Source: Atractiella rhizophila (Eukaryota). Taken from it: DNA of 49,789 nucleotides. The notes under the pieces were generated by a model that saw only the letters and a list, made by a program, of their open reading frames with translations, was not told the DNA's origin and ran no database searches. Positions 1 through 12,880 of the stretch are shown piece by piece; positions within the stretch are counted from its first letter, which is position 1, and each line of letters opens with the position of its first letter. A program made the translations under genes and the position numbers. Where the stretch lies: assembly GCA_021432655.1 (NCBI GenBank), contig MU271386.1, forward strand, positions 1 through 49,789, written 5' to 3'.

Positions 1-1585
1 TTTGTCCTTCGAGGCATACAGGAATTGGGTATCGACGCGGATCCTGAGAAATTGGATGCGTTCGTCATTCCTGCTGTCGCCGCATGCTGCCAAGCTCGAT
101 GGGTGAGCACTCCGTACTCCTCTGCATTCTTTATTGATTGCGAAGAATCCTGTTTCCAGGCCTTCCACGTGAGCTGTCAGTTTGTGTCCCTAAACACCAT
201 GGTCACCTTGCTGGTTCAGTGCAACGTATGGGCTTCTTATGCCCAATTCCATCCAACGAAGAAGGCCAGAGTGCGTTTAGCACCTAGGATTAATCCTATG
301 CCGGCATTGGAGGAGGGCAATGTCGACGAAGTTGGGAACTGAAGGATAGGCGAATGCTCATGCATTTCTTCCTGTTTTCGGCTAAGTCGCGCTGCATCTA
401 AGTTCTATAACTCATGGGTGTTTCTTGGACGGGTTACTAGCGTTTATATCTGTTGAGTGTGCCCTTTTTGTGACTGTCCTTCGCTCGATATGGATGAGCT
501 GTTGTTCTACCTTGCCTTAAGTTTTTGGATAATTTTATCTCTCTCGTGTGGTTTTAACATAGATATATGGCCTGTAACTTTGATTGAAGAACCGCTTTCC
601 ATTGATTGTAGCTGTATCCTGCTTGAAAAGAACCATGCGTCGCTAATGTTATTCGTTTAGTTACTTGGGCAGTGGGCATGGTGTTGAATGTGGTCTGGAT
701 TGTCTTAGTTGTCACCAGTTTGAGTGCACGGTCCTGAAGCCCTGCTGAGCTACTACTTGGGAGGGGAGTGTCGTTCATTATGCGAGCAGCTGTAACAATT
801 TCAGCATTCTGTAGGAATTACCTCCGCGGGCTCATTTGTTCAAATGACATGTTCAGTTCTCCTGATTAATGTTGGAGCGCAGGGAGTCGGAGGAACTGCC
901 CGTTCAAAGCGTTTGTTCGACGGGACCATCAATTTGCAAAGAACTTTGCCAAAGAGGAATGTTATCAAGTGGGAAAAGGCATAACATAAAGTCACAGGAT
1001 AGATGAAATGACGGAACCAGGAAAGGGGAGAATGTCAAGACATGAGAAGCACTCCACAATCCTGGTTCAGTACTTTGCCATCCGAGTCAGGATGCGAGTC
1101 AGGACCCACATAATCCATGAAGCTTTAAGGCTGAAGAGACCGACATCCAATCTGGAGTCTAGACAAGGCTATATCTTGTGCCTTTGAGTATTAAAGAGCT
1201 AGCAGATTACGCGAGGTCTGTCCCTTTCTTTCAAGCACGTTGGGCATGATATTGAAGGACTATGCATGAGGCCTCGATCCCTCTCCCTAATTTCGTACTT
1301 ATGACACATTATTTTGAAAATTGTGCCTAGCACCAAGTTGAAGCTGTTAGACCCTAGTTGTCAACATGTAGAAGGTGGATGGAAATGGACGGTGGGATTA
1401 CGTATGGGCACTAACCGAATGCTGCCCATCTTGATTAGCGCTACTATCATGCTCTCTTTCTTGCAAATGTTAGGAGATTTAAAAGCTATTTTCATCGGCT
1501 GTTTTTAGCGATATGTCCACTGAGAATTCCCTTTGTCAGTCACTGCACCGTGGCAGCACTGATGCCATATGGCAGGTGAAGCGAA

Positions 1586-2490
1586 ATGTCTGAGGTACCA
1601 GCGGCTCAATATGACAACTTTGGTGAAGCCTATGCCAGACAAAACACTGTATCTCCCTACAATCAGTACGTTATTCATGCCTGACTGCCCAAGGTGATGC
1701 CCTGCAGCTTTTACGAGCGACCTGGTATGATGTCTGCCGTCCTGTCTGTCTCTATCGACAAGAAGCCACTTAGAGTGTTGGATCTGGGTTGTGGAAGTGG
1801 AGCGCTTCTGAAGGAAATCTTCGCGAAGCTCCCAGTCAAAGAGGCTGTAGGAATCGATGCAAGTAAATTTTTGCTGGATGAGGCAAAGATACAGGTGGAG
1901 GAAGAAAAATGCAGCTTCTTCTGCGTGGACCTTGCGAAGCCGGATTGTCTGTCCTTCTTGCGAGGAGAATTCGATCTCGTCGTCTCCAGCCTTACCATCC
2001 ATTACATAAAAGACTGGGTCCCGCTATTCAAGCAAATCAAAGCCCTGCTGGCGACTGACGGTTACTTCATCTTCACCACGCATCATCCAACCTTAGACTG
2101 GTGCCTCGCTACTGAAAGATACCTTGATCAGAACCCGGCTGCAAAAGAGTCGTTCCCTTCAGCTATGACCTTCCTGTTGTCAGATAGCTTCGTCCCACCT
2201 ATTTCTTACCATACTGAACCGCAACAACCACAATTGGTGGTTGATAGGTGGTGGGTCGGAGATGTGCGATTCTATAGGAGATCTTTGACTGAGCAAGTAC
2301 GTGAAACCATTGAAGGAGGACTTAGAATCAAGTAAGCATTTGGGTTTGGCGGAAGCTAACTCACAGCTGATGTCCCCGAAGGAATCTCGTCGAACTTCGC
2401 CCAGGGGACGAATGGGAGGAGGACAAGTTTCCAAAAGATAGAACAAAGGTGGGAACGAGACCTTGGTTCATACTTTTCACCTTGACCTAA
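1586..2490 (+). CDS. Class I SAM-dependent methyltransferase (3 exons: ~1586-1665, 1708-2331, ~2382-2490)
   Basis: Spliced translation MSEVPAAQYDNFGEAYARQNTVSPYNHFYERPGMM...VLDLGCGSG (motif I)...FDLVVSSLTIHYIKDW...FIFTTHHP...RPWFILFTLT*; GTACG..CAG and GTAAGC..AG introns. Confidence 0.85.
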
Positions 2491-2663
2491 ATCGCTCATG
2501 GATTTATTGACGTCCTTTTACTGAATTATAAGATGAATGTGCAGTGAGCGGCTTAACTGATGTGATTCCTGAAAATCAGAAAACAATACAGCAACCCAGT
2601 ATTTTGTGCAGAACTAAGGGAAGCCGGGTGTGGTTTATCATCGAATAGTTCCACCATTTCCGA

Positions 2664-3764
2664 CTAAGTCAAATTTATCATTTTTGAAACAGTTCCCGAA
2701 TGAGAAATGCAAGCGCAATGAGAGTACGATTCATCTGAAGAGATGGAAAGAATCCTGTGGAGCATCTGTTCCATGTTCCCGTTTCTGTCTTCAACATCTT
2801 CCGACAAGTCACAATCTTCTCGTTCGCAATGCTCTCGATACATGTCCCATCGCCACTCTTCAACGTAGCTTGCATATTTGGCTGACTCCCGAACAAAGCG
2901 GTGTGCATGACGAGAGTTAGTTGTTTCGGGAGGACTGCCGTACTGGTTCCGAGAAGGCTCAGTCACATCCAGCCTTAAAGGTTGTTTCGCCATTGTTGGA
3001 GCGGATTCTTTACCTGCCGAGGTAGTTCCAAAATCTAGGAGCGTTGGAGATTGCCTCTCCAGGAACGGAACGTGGTTGTGGCCTGTCCATTGGCCTGAAA
3101 TCGGGACAGACGATATCTCAACGGCTTCTGAGTACAGATGTGGCAAAGAACGTTTTGATGACAGGATTGGCGGACAAAATGTCGTCCCGTCTACAGGAAA
3201 ACTGGGTCTCTTTCGTCTAGACCTCTGTTTCTGCAGGTGGCAACTAAGCACTACACCAAAGGAGAGACGAGGGCCCAATTGAACAAATACAGTCGAGCGA
3301 GAAGGACTCTCAGGAGGCGAGGAGTAAGTCGGATTCCCGCTTATCGACGCCTGAGGAATACAAGTGATCGATATTGAAGGATAAACAAACGGAGCGGGGG
3401 TAGTTTCGAAGTTGACGGAAGAGGTGATTGCTTCATTTGTAGATGGCGGTAACGGGAGAGGACGCTTACGTCGCAAATCACCAAACGAAAGGTCAGAAGA
3501 AGACGTTCTATGCTGCATGATGAGTGACGTGCAGATACGAGAGAGGCTCCATGGGATACGTACCAAGTCTTGCTTAAGAGATGCTGGCTGGAGCTGCCAT
3601 ATGTTTAGCTTTTGACAGCCTATTGAATACCTGTCCCATGACAGAATAGTTTGACAGCCCCATAGTAGGAACCTCCGCGAGCTTCCCATAGATTCTGTCC
3701 TGCCTTCCACTTGCGTTTTCTGCCGCTCCTCATTCTGGCACAATATTGACTTTCCCCCCATCAT
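2664..3764 (-). CDS. Hypothetical protein (Ser/Pro-rich, true start probably internal)
   Basis: 366-codon open frame with protein-like C-terminus (KYASYVEEWRWDMYREHCEREDC); no recognised domain. Confidence 0.4.
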   Translation of the reverse strand: MMGGKSILCQNEERQKTQVEGRTESMGSSRRFLLWGCQTILSWDRYSIGCQKLNIWQLQPASLKQDLVRIPWSLSRICTSLIMQHRTSSSDLSFGDLRRKRPLPLPPSTNEAITSSVNFETTPAPFVYPSISITCIPQASISGNPTYSSPPESPSRSTVFVQLGPRLSFGVVLSCHLQKQRSRRKRPSFPVDGTTFCPPILSSKRSLPHLYSEAVEISSVPISGQWTGHNHVPFLERQSPTLLDFGTTSAGKESAPTMAKQPLRLDVTEPSRNQYGSPPETTNSRHAHRFVRESAKYASYVEEWRWDMYREHCEREDCDLSEDVEDRNGNMEQMLHRILSISSDESYSHCACISHSGTVSKMINLT

Positions 3765-4061
3765 CGGGATTCCCAGAAAGACCCCCGCACAAAAAATGAC
3801 GGATATCGGCGCACGGCGCCTTTACGGTAGAGAGCTGAGATGTAGTTCACTTTGCAACGCGGAGGAAAGGACGAAATTGTCGTTCGGATACGGAGAGAAT
3901 CACCGTTTCACCTAGATGCTTGTAAGAGGATAGATAGGGATAGAGTCTGGCGCACCTGACGTCCTTTCATTCCGCTAATACTGTAATGGAACAACAAAGG
4001 ATTCACTCAAATTCTTCCGGGAATTCGCCATCTTGCCGTTTAAGTCCTCGCCATGTCTCTA

Positions 4062-6064
4062 ATGGAGCGAAATGTCAACTGTCTTCAGCTGGAGGATGCG
4101 AAATGCGATTGTGGAAGCAGTGTTGTGTCTTGTCAGCACCATGAAGGAGAATCGCGATTTATTTCTTGTATCGCGTCTTTGTCCTTTTCTCTGAGCTCTG
4201 TTGTGATAAATCTACGCTAGGTTTGTGATGGGAATCATCAGGAGGTAAAGAAAGATGAGCCCCAACGCCTCAATTGGCGGGAACACGGTCCGTTGCTTCA
4301 TAGAACAATGTTTGAAAGCGGCAACAGAGAACAAAGCGGCTTCGGAAGAGCGAGTCGTGGCTGTCGGAGGGAACGAAAGCGCCATTGAAAAGCCAGCCGG
4401 GATCAATAGGCTATCGACGAAAGGAGCTCGAGGTGAGAGGTGTTCTCATTCATAAAGGACTACTGATTGAATGGTAAATTCTAGCACGTACCTGGAAAAA
4501 GAACTTGTCTCACTCAGTTCTCAGAAGAGAGGATCCACCTCCAACGAGGGCCGTCACGCGGCAGACGAGACCGCTTCCACGAAGAGCGAGAAAAGTGAAG
4601 GATCCAGAGCTTTCAGTGCCGACGTGGGTGCGGTTGTTTCCACACGGAGTCAGGGTATCCACTGTCGAAGAGTGGATGTCTGCTCCAGTCAACTGTCTTC
4701 AGCTGGAGGATGCGAAATGCGATTGTGGAAGCAGTGTTGTGTCTTGTCAGCACCATGAAGGAGAGTCGCGATTTATTTCTTGTATCGCGTCTTTGTCCTT
4801 TTCTCTGAGCTCTGTTGTGATAAATCCACGCCAGGTTTGTGATGGGAATCATCAGGAGGTAAAGCAAGATGAGCCCCAACGCCTCAATTGGCGGGAACAC
4901 GGTCCGTTGCTTCATAGAACAATGTTTCAAAGCGGCAACGGAGAACAAAGCGGCTTCGGAAGAGCGAGTCGTGACTGTTGGAGGGAACGAAAGCGCGATT
5001 GAAAAGCCAGCCGGGATCAATAGGCTATCGACGAAAGGAGCTCGAGGTGAGAGGTGCTCTCATTCATAAAGGACTACTGATTGAATGGTAAGTTCTAGCA
5101 CACACCTCGAAAACGAACTTGTCTCGGTCCGTTCCTCAGAAGAGAACGAGAGCTCCGCCTCCAACGAGGGTCGTAACGCGGGAGACGAGACCGCTTCCAC
5201 GAAGAGCGAGAGAAGCGAGGAATCCAGAGCTTTCATTGCCGACGTTGGTGCGGTTGTTTCCACAGGAGTCAGGGTACTGTCGAAGAGTGGATGTCTGCTC
5301 CCGCCTTTCTCTTTCCTGAACTCGGTGCTCAATTTCCAGACATCTGCAAGGTCGACTATTACTTACAGTTGTGTTTCCTGCAAGATGGCTTCACCTTCCA
5401 AAGCTGTTACTACCCAGGATTGTCCCAAGTCTCCATGCCTCCCGTTCTGTTTTACCACTGCAATCGGGCTAGCCGTCAGGAAGGTGGAGGCGGATGTTGT
5501 CCCGCGGGCGTTTTCCTGTTGTGGCGGAAATCGACAGGCTGGAACGTCTCGCTCGTCGTCGAGGAACACAATCACTCGCCGGAATGTAAGACTCTGCCTG
5601 GCTCGCTCCCAACGCACAGAATGTCGAAGAACCAACTTGGGCTGTCGCAAGTTTTGTCCGCGATGAAGGCGTCGACTATTACGCCGGAACTGTTCTGCGA
5701 AATGGTCATGAAGAAGGTGACACATTTTGCCGTCTCCTCAATCCAGGATGTTTCTTCCCTGCAGGAGCCATGTGGATACGGAAAGGCAACTTCCGAAACT
5801 CCACAAACAGGAGACAGCCGCATCAACGACTCCGATTCTCAAGCATGTTCTGAGACGCAGGGGCCTCTATCTCCCATCAGGGTCAACCAGTCTGCAAACT
5901 CGAAAAGGAATGCTTCTCTAATTTCCAATGCATCTCGCAAATCTTCTGATATGGGAAAGGATGAGATATCGGATAATCTGAAAGCCAGGAAAGCAATAGA
6001 AGCGATGAATATGACAAGAGCGGCTCTGATTCTGTTGACCATGGGACACAAGCCACAGCACTGA
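4062..6064 (+). CDS. FAR1/WRKY-GCM1-type zinc-binding domain protein (MULE-transposase-related domain); 5' exons duplicated, gene model uncertain
   Basis: ORF 5291-6064 contains FPELGAQFPD..YYLQ..GFTF...YHCNR...CCPAGVFL...WNVSLVVEEHNH, matching the FAR1 pattern ending in HxH; no DDE transposase core seen. Confidence 0.5.
4074..5301 (+). repeat. Tandem duplication, two ~614-bp units (4074-4686, 4688-5301)
   Basis: Both units start GTCAACTGTCTTCAGCTGGAGG and end GAGTGGATGTCTGCTCC; scattered substitutions and small indels; near-identical ORFs 4255/4869. Confidence 0.95.
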
Positions 6065-7079
6065 GCCATTTGATTGTGATGCATCTATACATACACATAT
6101 GTGAACATATGGCTGGTACCACACTATAACGAGCGTGCAAATGTGTCTTTACAAAGTTGAACACTTATCGCGCAGCGCAGCCTGAAGCGGCAGACAGTGC
6201 TGGAGGAGGGATCTCCATCTTTCCAATGTATATGCGAAGCATGTTGCGCATTGACTTGAACGTAAGCGTACAAATTTCGGAACGAGATTCGATAATAGTC
6301 TAATAACAGGAAGAAGGACGTAGAGTAGATTAACACAACATCAGGAACGCCATCACACTCCTTGCTATCGATAGGAGCAAATCGCCTTCGCATCGACACT
6401 CGCGCCATTGGCCCACTTGAGAGAAACAAGACACGCACATTCATATGCGACGGTGGTTTCTCACACACAACGATACTGAGCGGCGTTCTCTCCAAAGCTT
6501 GTTATCAAATGACCAAAAGATTCGGTTTCTTCACAGGAAAGGGTACTCGGCTGCTTTAAGGTACGAGAAAATACACCAACCATCATTGATCATCGCAGCA
6601 GTTTAGCAGTACACTTCCAGCAATTAATAGGGCATTTCGGCTACTTTCAATTTCATGCCTGTTGAGACAATAGGAAGGAGAGTGCTTTGTTGATAATTCA
6701 GCCACTGAAACTCGATCTGTGAACTTCCTCACCTAAAACTAAAATTCACATTGGTGGACTCTGGGATTGACGAGACGGGCAGTCGAGCCTAAGAATGTAC
6801 CCCGATATTCCACTACAGAGGTTCAGGTTTACATTCATTGACAGCCTTGTCTAAAAACTTCACGGGCTGCTAGTGATAGCAAACGGCCACGGGATGAGGA
6901 TAAAGTAATATAAAGTAGTCATGGCGAAGGATAGTCAATCTCGAAACGATTTGAGGCAAGGCAAAGATAGACATGTCCTTGTTGTCCCTTGGTGATCAAC
7001 GGGGATTCAAGTTGCATGGCTAACTTGAAATGATCAGCGTACCTTCCTCTTCCCTCAGTTCACGTCTCACCGAGGTCCC

Positions 7080-7107
7080 GTCTGGTTATAAATGTCTGGT
7101 TATAAAT
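7080..7107 (+). promoter_or_regulatory. Tandem 14-bp repeat carrying two TATAAA boxes upstream of the GT23 gene
   Basis: GTCTGGTTATAAAT x2, about 360 bp before ATG 7465. Confidence 0.4.
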
Positions 7108-7464
7108 ACAGTGAACTCCCACCTTCTCTCGCATCCATTTATTCTCTGTCGTTGTTCACACACGTAAACCGTGTTGTTCGTCGTTTTCATCGCGAGACGA
7201 TCACCGAAGCTGAGACACTCCGCTCAATTGCTTCCGCTGGCTCATTATCTTTGCTTCTTGCGCAAAGGAGCATGTACCCCTAACGTCCACTACTTCTGCA
7301 CCCGCCAGCCTTGTTTATATCCCACACTCCTTTGCTTCTGCTTCTCATAAAACATATATCTCGTCAGGTCAGCACCTGCAGGTGGCCACATATACATTAC
7401 ATATATTCGTCTTTCTCCCGAGTTTGCTTTCTGACCGCCAAACGACGAATTCTACGATTCAAAC

Positions 7465-9773
7465 ATGGGCCGACGTTCTTCTCTCCTCCTCCTCTTCCCC
7501 ATATCCCTCATCCTCCTCTGGGCCTTCTCCTCATCCTCCTCCCTCTCCTCCCTTTCTTCGGGCGAGCCACCCAAGTGGCCAGCATCTCAGCCTCCCCATT
7601 CTCGACGTCCGGGTGCCGATTCAGACGCCCCCGATGAGCATGTAGGTGCGGAGGTGCACGGGAAGGGATATTGGGATTGGATCGAGAAGGAATACGACCA
7701 CCTTATCACTTGGAAACCGGGAGTGGGGAGGGTGCCGGAGTGTAAGAGGACGCTGTTGTTTGTTTTCACTAGTGAGTTTCTCGCTTTCATTCGTTCGCGT
7801 TTGGTTTGGTTGGTGTTTGTCTATCTCTGTGAGAGAAACATGTTTGCGCGTCACAAGACTTGTTGGTGGGATAGAGAAGATGTCTTGGCTGATAGATTCT
7901 TCCTCCTACCCCTACGAATGGAGGACGGAGAAAGGCATGGCCTTGAGTCTACATTGCTCACAATCGTAATAATTCATTGCAACTGCAGACTTCTCTTCTT
8001 TGCCTTGGTTGCTAGATCGAGATGGAAGTTACAGAGAAGCCAAGACCTTGACTTGAGGCTTGGGAGGAGGGGAGCATAACTACACCGATTCTATCTCCTT
8101 TTTCACCTGAAACTCAGGCTGAAGAAAAGCCATTGTTAACCCCCTCATACACTTTGATGAAACGCCGTGCTATTTTGCTATTTTCGATCCCCGATTCCCC
8201 TATCAGACTTCCCAGACACCCACCATGTCAATACATCCGCGCACTTGGTACTAACATTCCTTACCCCTCACTATGTACCAGGCGTGCACGGATTCGCGTC
8301 CGAATACCTCCTCCTAGTCCGACTCCTCCTCCTCGCCTCCCACCCTCGATACAACTACACCGTCCTGATCTCGTCCCTCAAACCATGGAACTACGGCCCC
8401 TTCGAATCCTACTTCCTAGACGTTAACGACCCCGCTTTCCTGGGGTGTAGGCCTCATCATGGTTGGGATTCGAGGTTGATGAGGAAGAAGATCGGAGCGA
8501 GGGACCCGGAGAACCCGTTGGACGATTGGTGGAAGGAGAGGGATCATGTCATTTGGGACAGGACGGGTGGAGTGGAGTATATCGATGCTCTCATCGCTTC
8601 GTATGTACTTTCTCTTCTTGCTTTCCTTTCGAAGTCGCCTTCAATTGATGTACTGACGGAACGTGACATATAGGTTATATGTCGATCCTGTCAAATTAGA
8701 AGCATTACATCAAAACGATACATTACAAGCATCGGCCATTGAATCGGGAGGACTTTTGGAGGGATTGACGTGGAGGGAGACGATTCCGGAAGCGTTTGAA
8801 GACGTCTTTAAGGAGATGTCGAGGGTGGCGAGGAAATATTGGAGAGTGAATGGAGAAGTGTTAAAGTTGGTCAATGAGGTAGAAGGGAGGGTGTTTGATG
8901 GGAAGGAGGAGGAAGAGACGAATTTGGTCGGCGTACATGTTAGGTCCGTATCTTCTTCCTCCTCATCCTTCACCTACGGCGACTAGAAGATAGAAGAAGG
9001 GACTGATGGATGTATGTAGGTTGGGAGACAAGTTCCGAGAAGCGAACCACATGGGACCTTCGAACTTGAACCCGCTCCTGTCGAACAACGAAAGCCACAA
9101 TCCGCACGCATACACGCTCGACTCTCTCGACCATCTGGACGCGAACGACATCCGGACCCGGGTGTACGTGAAGAGCTCAGAAGCGGTGGTGAGCACGAGT
9201 CCGAAGATGGAGAGGACGGAGAAGAAGACGCTGGTCATCATGAGCGATGACGTTTCGGCGGTCGACGTGTTGGAGGAATGGGGAGACGAGAATGGATGGA
9301 AGGTCGTGGGGACTGAGAAGGATGAGGCTGATGAGGAGCCGAAGGGGGAGAAGGAGGGAGAGGAGGAGGAGGAAGAGGAGGTTTGGGATGAGAAGAAGAG
9401 GAGAGCAACTTCGAACAAGATCAAGAGAGGGAAGCCCCTCCGCATCATCAATAATCGCACTCCGGAGCCTGCACCGACTCCTGCTCGGGAAACAGATGCC
9501 ACCCAGCCCTCTTCGGAGCAAACAGCCGCTCTCAACGGTTTCTCAGAAACATCATTCAACAGCCTTCCGGAGTCGGAACGCATAAATCTCGGCCTCAAGT
9601 TTGTACGAGACGTTACCTTTTTAGCAGAAAAGACGGACGGAGTGGTCTTCACGGGAAGCAGCAACGTGGGACGACTGCTGGTGTTGCTTTGGAAAGGAGG
9701 ATGGGAAGGCGTCCAGCGTGGAGGCGTCAGAAGTGTCGACGTACGGTGGTTTCCGACGGCGCGGTTTATTTGA
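7465..9773 (+). CDS. GT23 / alpha-1,6-fucosyltransferase-like type II membrane glycosyltransferase (exons ~7465-7771, 8282-8600, 8674-8943, 9020-9773)
   Basis: N-terminal signal anchor; spliced motifs HGFASEYLLL, WNYGPFESYF, VGVHVR|LGDK and FTGSSNVGRL resemble FUT8/GT23 motifs (VGVHVRRTDK, TFSSQVCR); canonical splice sites. Confidence 0.7.
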
Positions 9774-10459
9774 GATAAACACAACATCAGTTTGGTTTGG
9801 TTGGTTGAACTTTGATGAGGTCTCTGTGAGCCTTTGTTGTCGCATTCGGGAACATCACCCAGAATGCAATGGGCGGAAGGGATGGATTGATCCTCAGCGA
9901 GGATTAGAATTACAATCTACTACCATGTTCTATCACCATATATCCCTTATCCTTATTTTCAACTTTCTCCTCCTATGAAAGCTTACATCGTTCTTCGTCC
10001 CTTCCCATTTCACTTGCTGAATTATTGCTTAGATTTTTTCATTTCCTTCCAAGTTTGTGATTATCGATAGGTACTTTGTGCATATCTGGTCAGATGTTCA
10101 TATGATCCTACCCCTCTTGAGCTGCTTGATTTGATGCTATGTTCGTCCATCCGTTTCTCAGCTTACCGTCACCCTCATTATGATGTGGATTGCAATTGTA
10201 ACTCTCTAAACCTCAAACTCGGTCGTGCTGCTAAGCTTGAAGTAACACTAATAGACCCAAATGAGTAGATAAATTACCTGAAGGGTATTTACAGCTTGCG
10301 GATCCGGGAGAGAATGAAACGTGTTGAGTGCTCGAAAGACTCAACTTGGAAACAAAGAATGCGCAGCCATAAAAGTCCAGGTGAAATGGAATGAAAGTCC
10401 TTTGGCAGAAATGATCGTCCTCTTGATCACGAATGTGCTGTTCGTCCAATGGACAAACT

Positions 10460-12422
10460 TTACTTGAGCTGCGCGAATCCGACTCGGGAGTTGGCGACGT
10501 CGAAGACGGAGTACACGTTCTGTCAAAGCCAGCCTCAGCATTGTAATCCTTTAAGGTTGAACATAAGGCAGCAGCATACCTTCATGAACACGTCTCCCAA
10601 AATGACAGCGTTCAAACCGACGTCCTAGTTTCAACATTCCATCAGATACCTTCCATTCATTATTGGGAGCGGAAAGGCAAACCTGGCCAACAATGCCTCC
10701 AACACAGTAGGTGCTACCGGTCTGCAAGACACCCAAGTTGAAATTGTCGTTTGAGATGGCCCAGGTGGTACCCCCAGCAGAGACGGAGACTTTGGGCTTG
10801 GAGGCGCAAGGATAGATGTAGAAGCCGTCAGAGCCACTTCCGCAGGTGCTAGCGGTGCACGCCTTGGAACCAGGGATGCTAAAAAAACAGTTCAGGTCAC
10901 GGAGTACGCTCATGGGGCAGGGCTGGCATACTGGTTGTAAATCTTGGTGGCGTACGCAGGAGGGGCAATGACGAGAGTCGTTCCCGAATCCACGATAGCT
11001 TGTTGCCCAATCAACAAAGCTCAAAGCGAATGTAGAGAAAGAATCAAACCTGACATTTCGAAAAACAACCTTGTTGGCGACCTTGATCTTGTGCTTGATG
11101 ACCTGTGCGTTGAGATACCTCAACCAGTGGCTCATTAGAAAGTCGTGGAACAAACCCAATAAGACTCCTCAACGACATCAGTCCAGTGGATAGCACCAGT
11201 GTACAGGTTCTTGTTTGTTCCTCCGATGTAGAGTTCAGAGCCTGTGTGCTTGAGAGCAAATGAAAACTGCTTCGTCTTAACAGACTTCTGAGCGATAGCT
11301 GACTCGAAGTATGGACGCTGTCCGAGGCTGGAGATGCTTTCAAAGGCCAAACCTATTCAGATATAAGTCCATGAGTACCATGTGAACCCGATCAAGACAA
11401 CGCACCCAGAATTCCGTCTTGTGGATCATCGACAAAGGATGCGCTCTCTGTCGTTACCGCCGACAAGTATTGCTTGGTCACCTTGATTCCTGCCACGGAG
11501 ACAGTGTCTGTGAAGATCTGCAACAAGGCCATCAGGGTGATCGAATGGAAGACGGGAAGAATGAGCGCACAGGCCCTTTGCTGCTGGAGTGGTCCCCATA
11601 TTCGATCTCGAACGTTCCAGATTTCTTAGAAGAGGTGGAGCTCTTCGCTGGGTTGTACTTCTTGATGTGGGTATTCGCACAGCCACCTGTGGTGCAATTC
11701 TATGCAGGAGATCAGAAGCTGCCTGGAGCAGTGGTGAAGTGAGCGACACACGGTGTGAGCGACCCTGAAATTCAGCATGAGCCAGCAAAACACACAACGA
11801 AAGGAAAGCGAACCAAAGATCGGAGGAGCCAGTGTCGAAGTCGATCAGAAACTTTTGCGCTGGGGTTCTTTGCAGTAGCGAATGAGCATCTTAAATGGTG
11901 CAAGGTCAAGGAATGAGTACCCAATACTAATTGTGCCTGCCCACAGAACGTCGTTGTTGAAGTCTGTGAGGGGCTCCTTCTGCCTCTTTGCGAGAAGCTT
12001 CTTATGAGAACTAGCTTCGAGGATGGAATGTTTCCCAGTGTTCCGGTGATAGTTGTCTGTTTCCACCCTCAACACAAAGGTTCTCAGCGGAGAGACAAAG
12101 GGCCGCACCGATCCCTCCAATGAACTTGTTCTTGACGAAATCGATATGGTGTCTCGCTGTAGGCAGCCTGAATAATTTTTCATGAGAGGCATCTAATGCT
12201 AGGCCAGGAAACGCACTTGAAGAGACCGAAAATGTCGCGGATGGGTTCGAAGTTGAACCTCTTGTCCAACTGGATCGCTCGTCCTTGCATAGCAGCGACA
12301 TCTGCCTTTCCCATAAGTCACGCACAAGAACCGAGGCAAGAATACGCACCGGGATGAGCTTGAACGCCTTCGGAGGCGAGGAGAGCCAAAGAGAGTGACG
12401 AAGAAATGAGAGAATATTTCAT
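10460..12422 (-). CDS. Secreted pepsin-like (A1) aspartic protease, multi-exon
   Basis: Signal peptide MKYSLISSSLSLALLASEGVQAHP; catalytic IDFDTGSSDL (~11820-11846) and IVDSGTTLV (~10970-11000); ILGDVFM and C-terminal RVGFAQLK*. Confidence 0.92.
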
Positions 12423-12880
12423 GTTGGGCGAAGGAGTGTGTATTCTCTAAAGAATGTGTGTTCTACTGGGAAGGGGGAGAAGTCTCTGGTATTCTACTCA
12501 GAGACGTTGAAGAGGCACCAACGAGGGGGCAATGGTGCTGATGGTCGTTTTGAGGAGCTGCAACTGATCGGCAACTCTCTTTTAGCACATGATCAGCTCC
12601 GCCGACGGTTGAAACGAAGCAGGCGCGATCTTTGCAGAAACCGTAACTTCCATTGACTTCCATGCTGGAACACAGTGTAAATTTAGAACGCTATTTGTGT
12701 CGGTCGGTTGAAGCCCTCAAGGAGCACGAAAGGAGCTCCAAGCATCGTCGGGTTGACTCCGAACGAAGTAAGTTGGGAACGGAAGATGGATGAACAAATG
12801 CTTGCTATTTTATTACATGCCAGTTGGTTGAGCAACATCTCTTCTTTCAGCTTACAATTAGCTTTCTATTCAGGGATCAA

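Noticed and set aside
6124..6495. 123-aa minus-strand ORF
   Set aside because: Non-ATG start, no motif or splice support
12700..12770. Small hairpin GGAGC-ACGAAAGGA-GCTCC as a possible ribozyme or ncRNA
   Set aside because: 5-bp stem only; no hammerhead core or other conserved boxes
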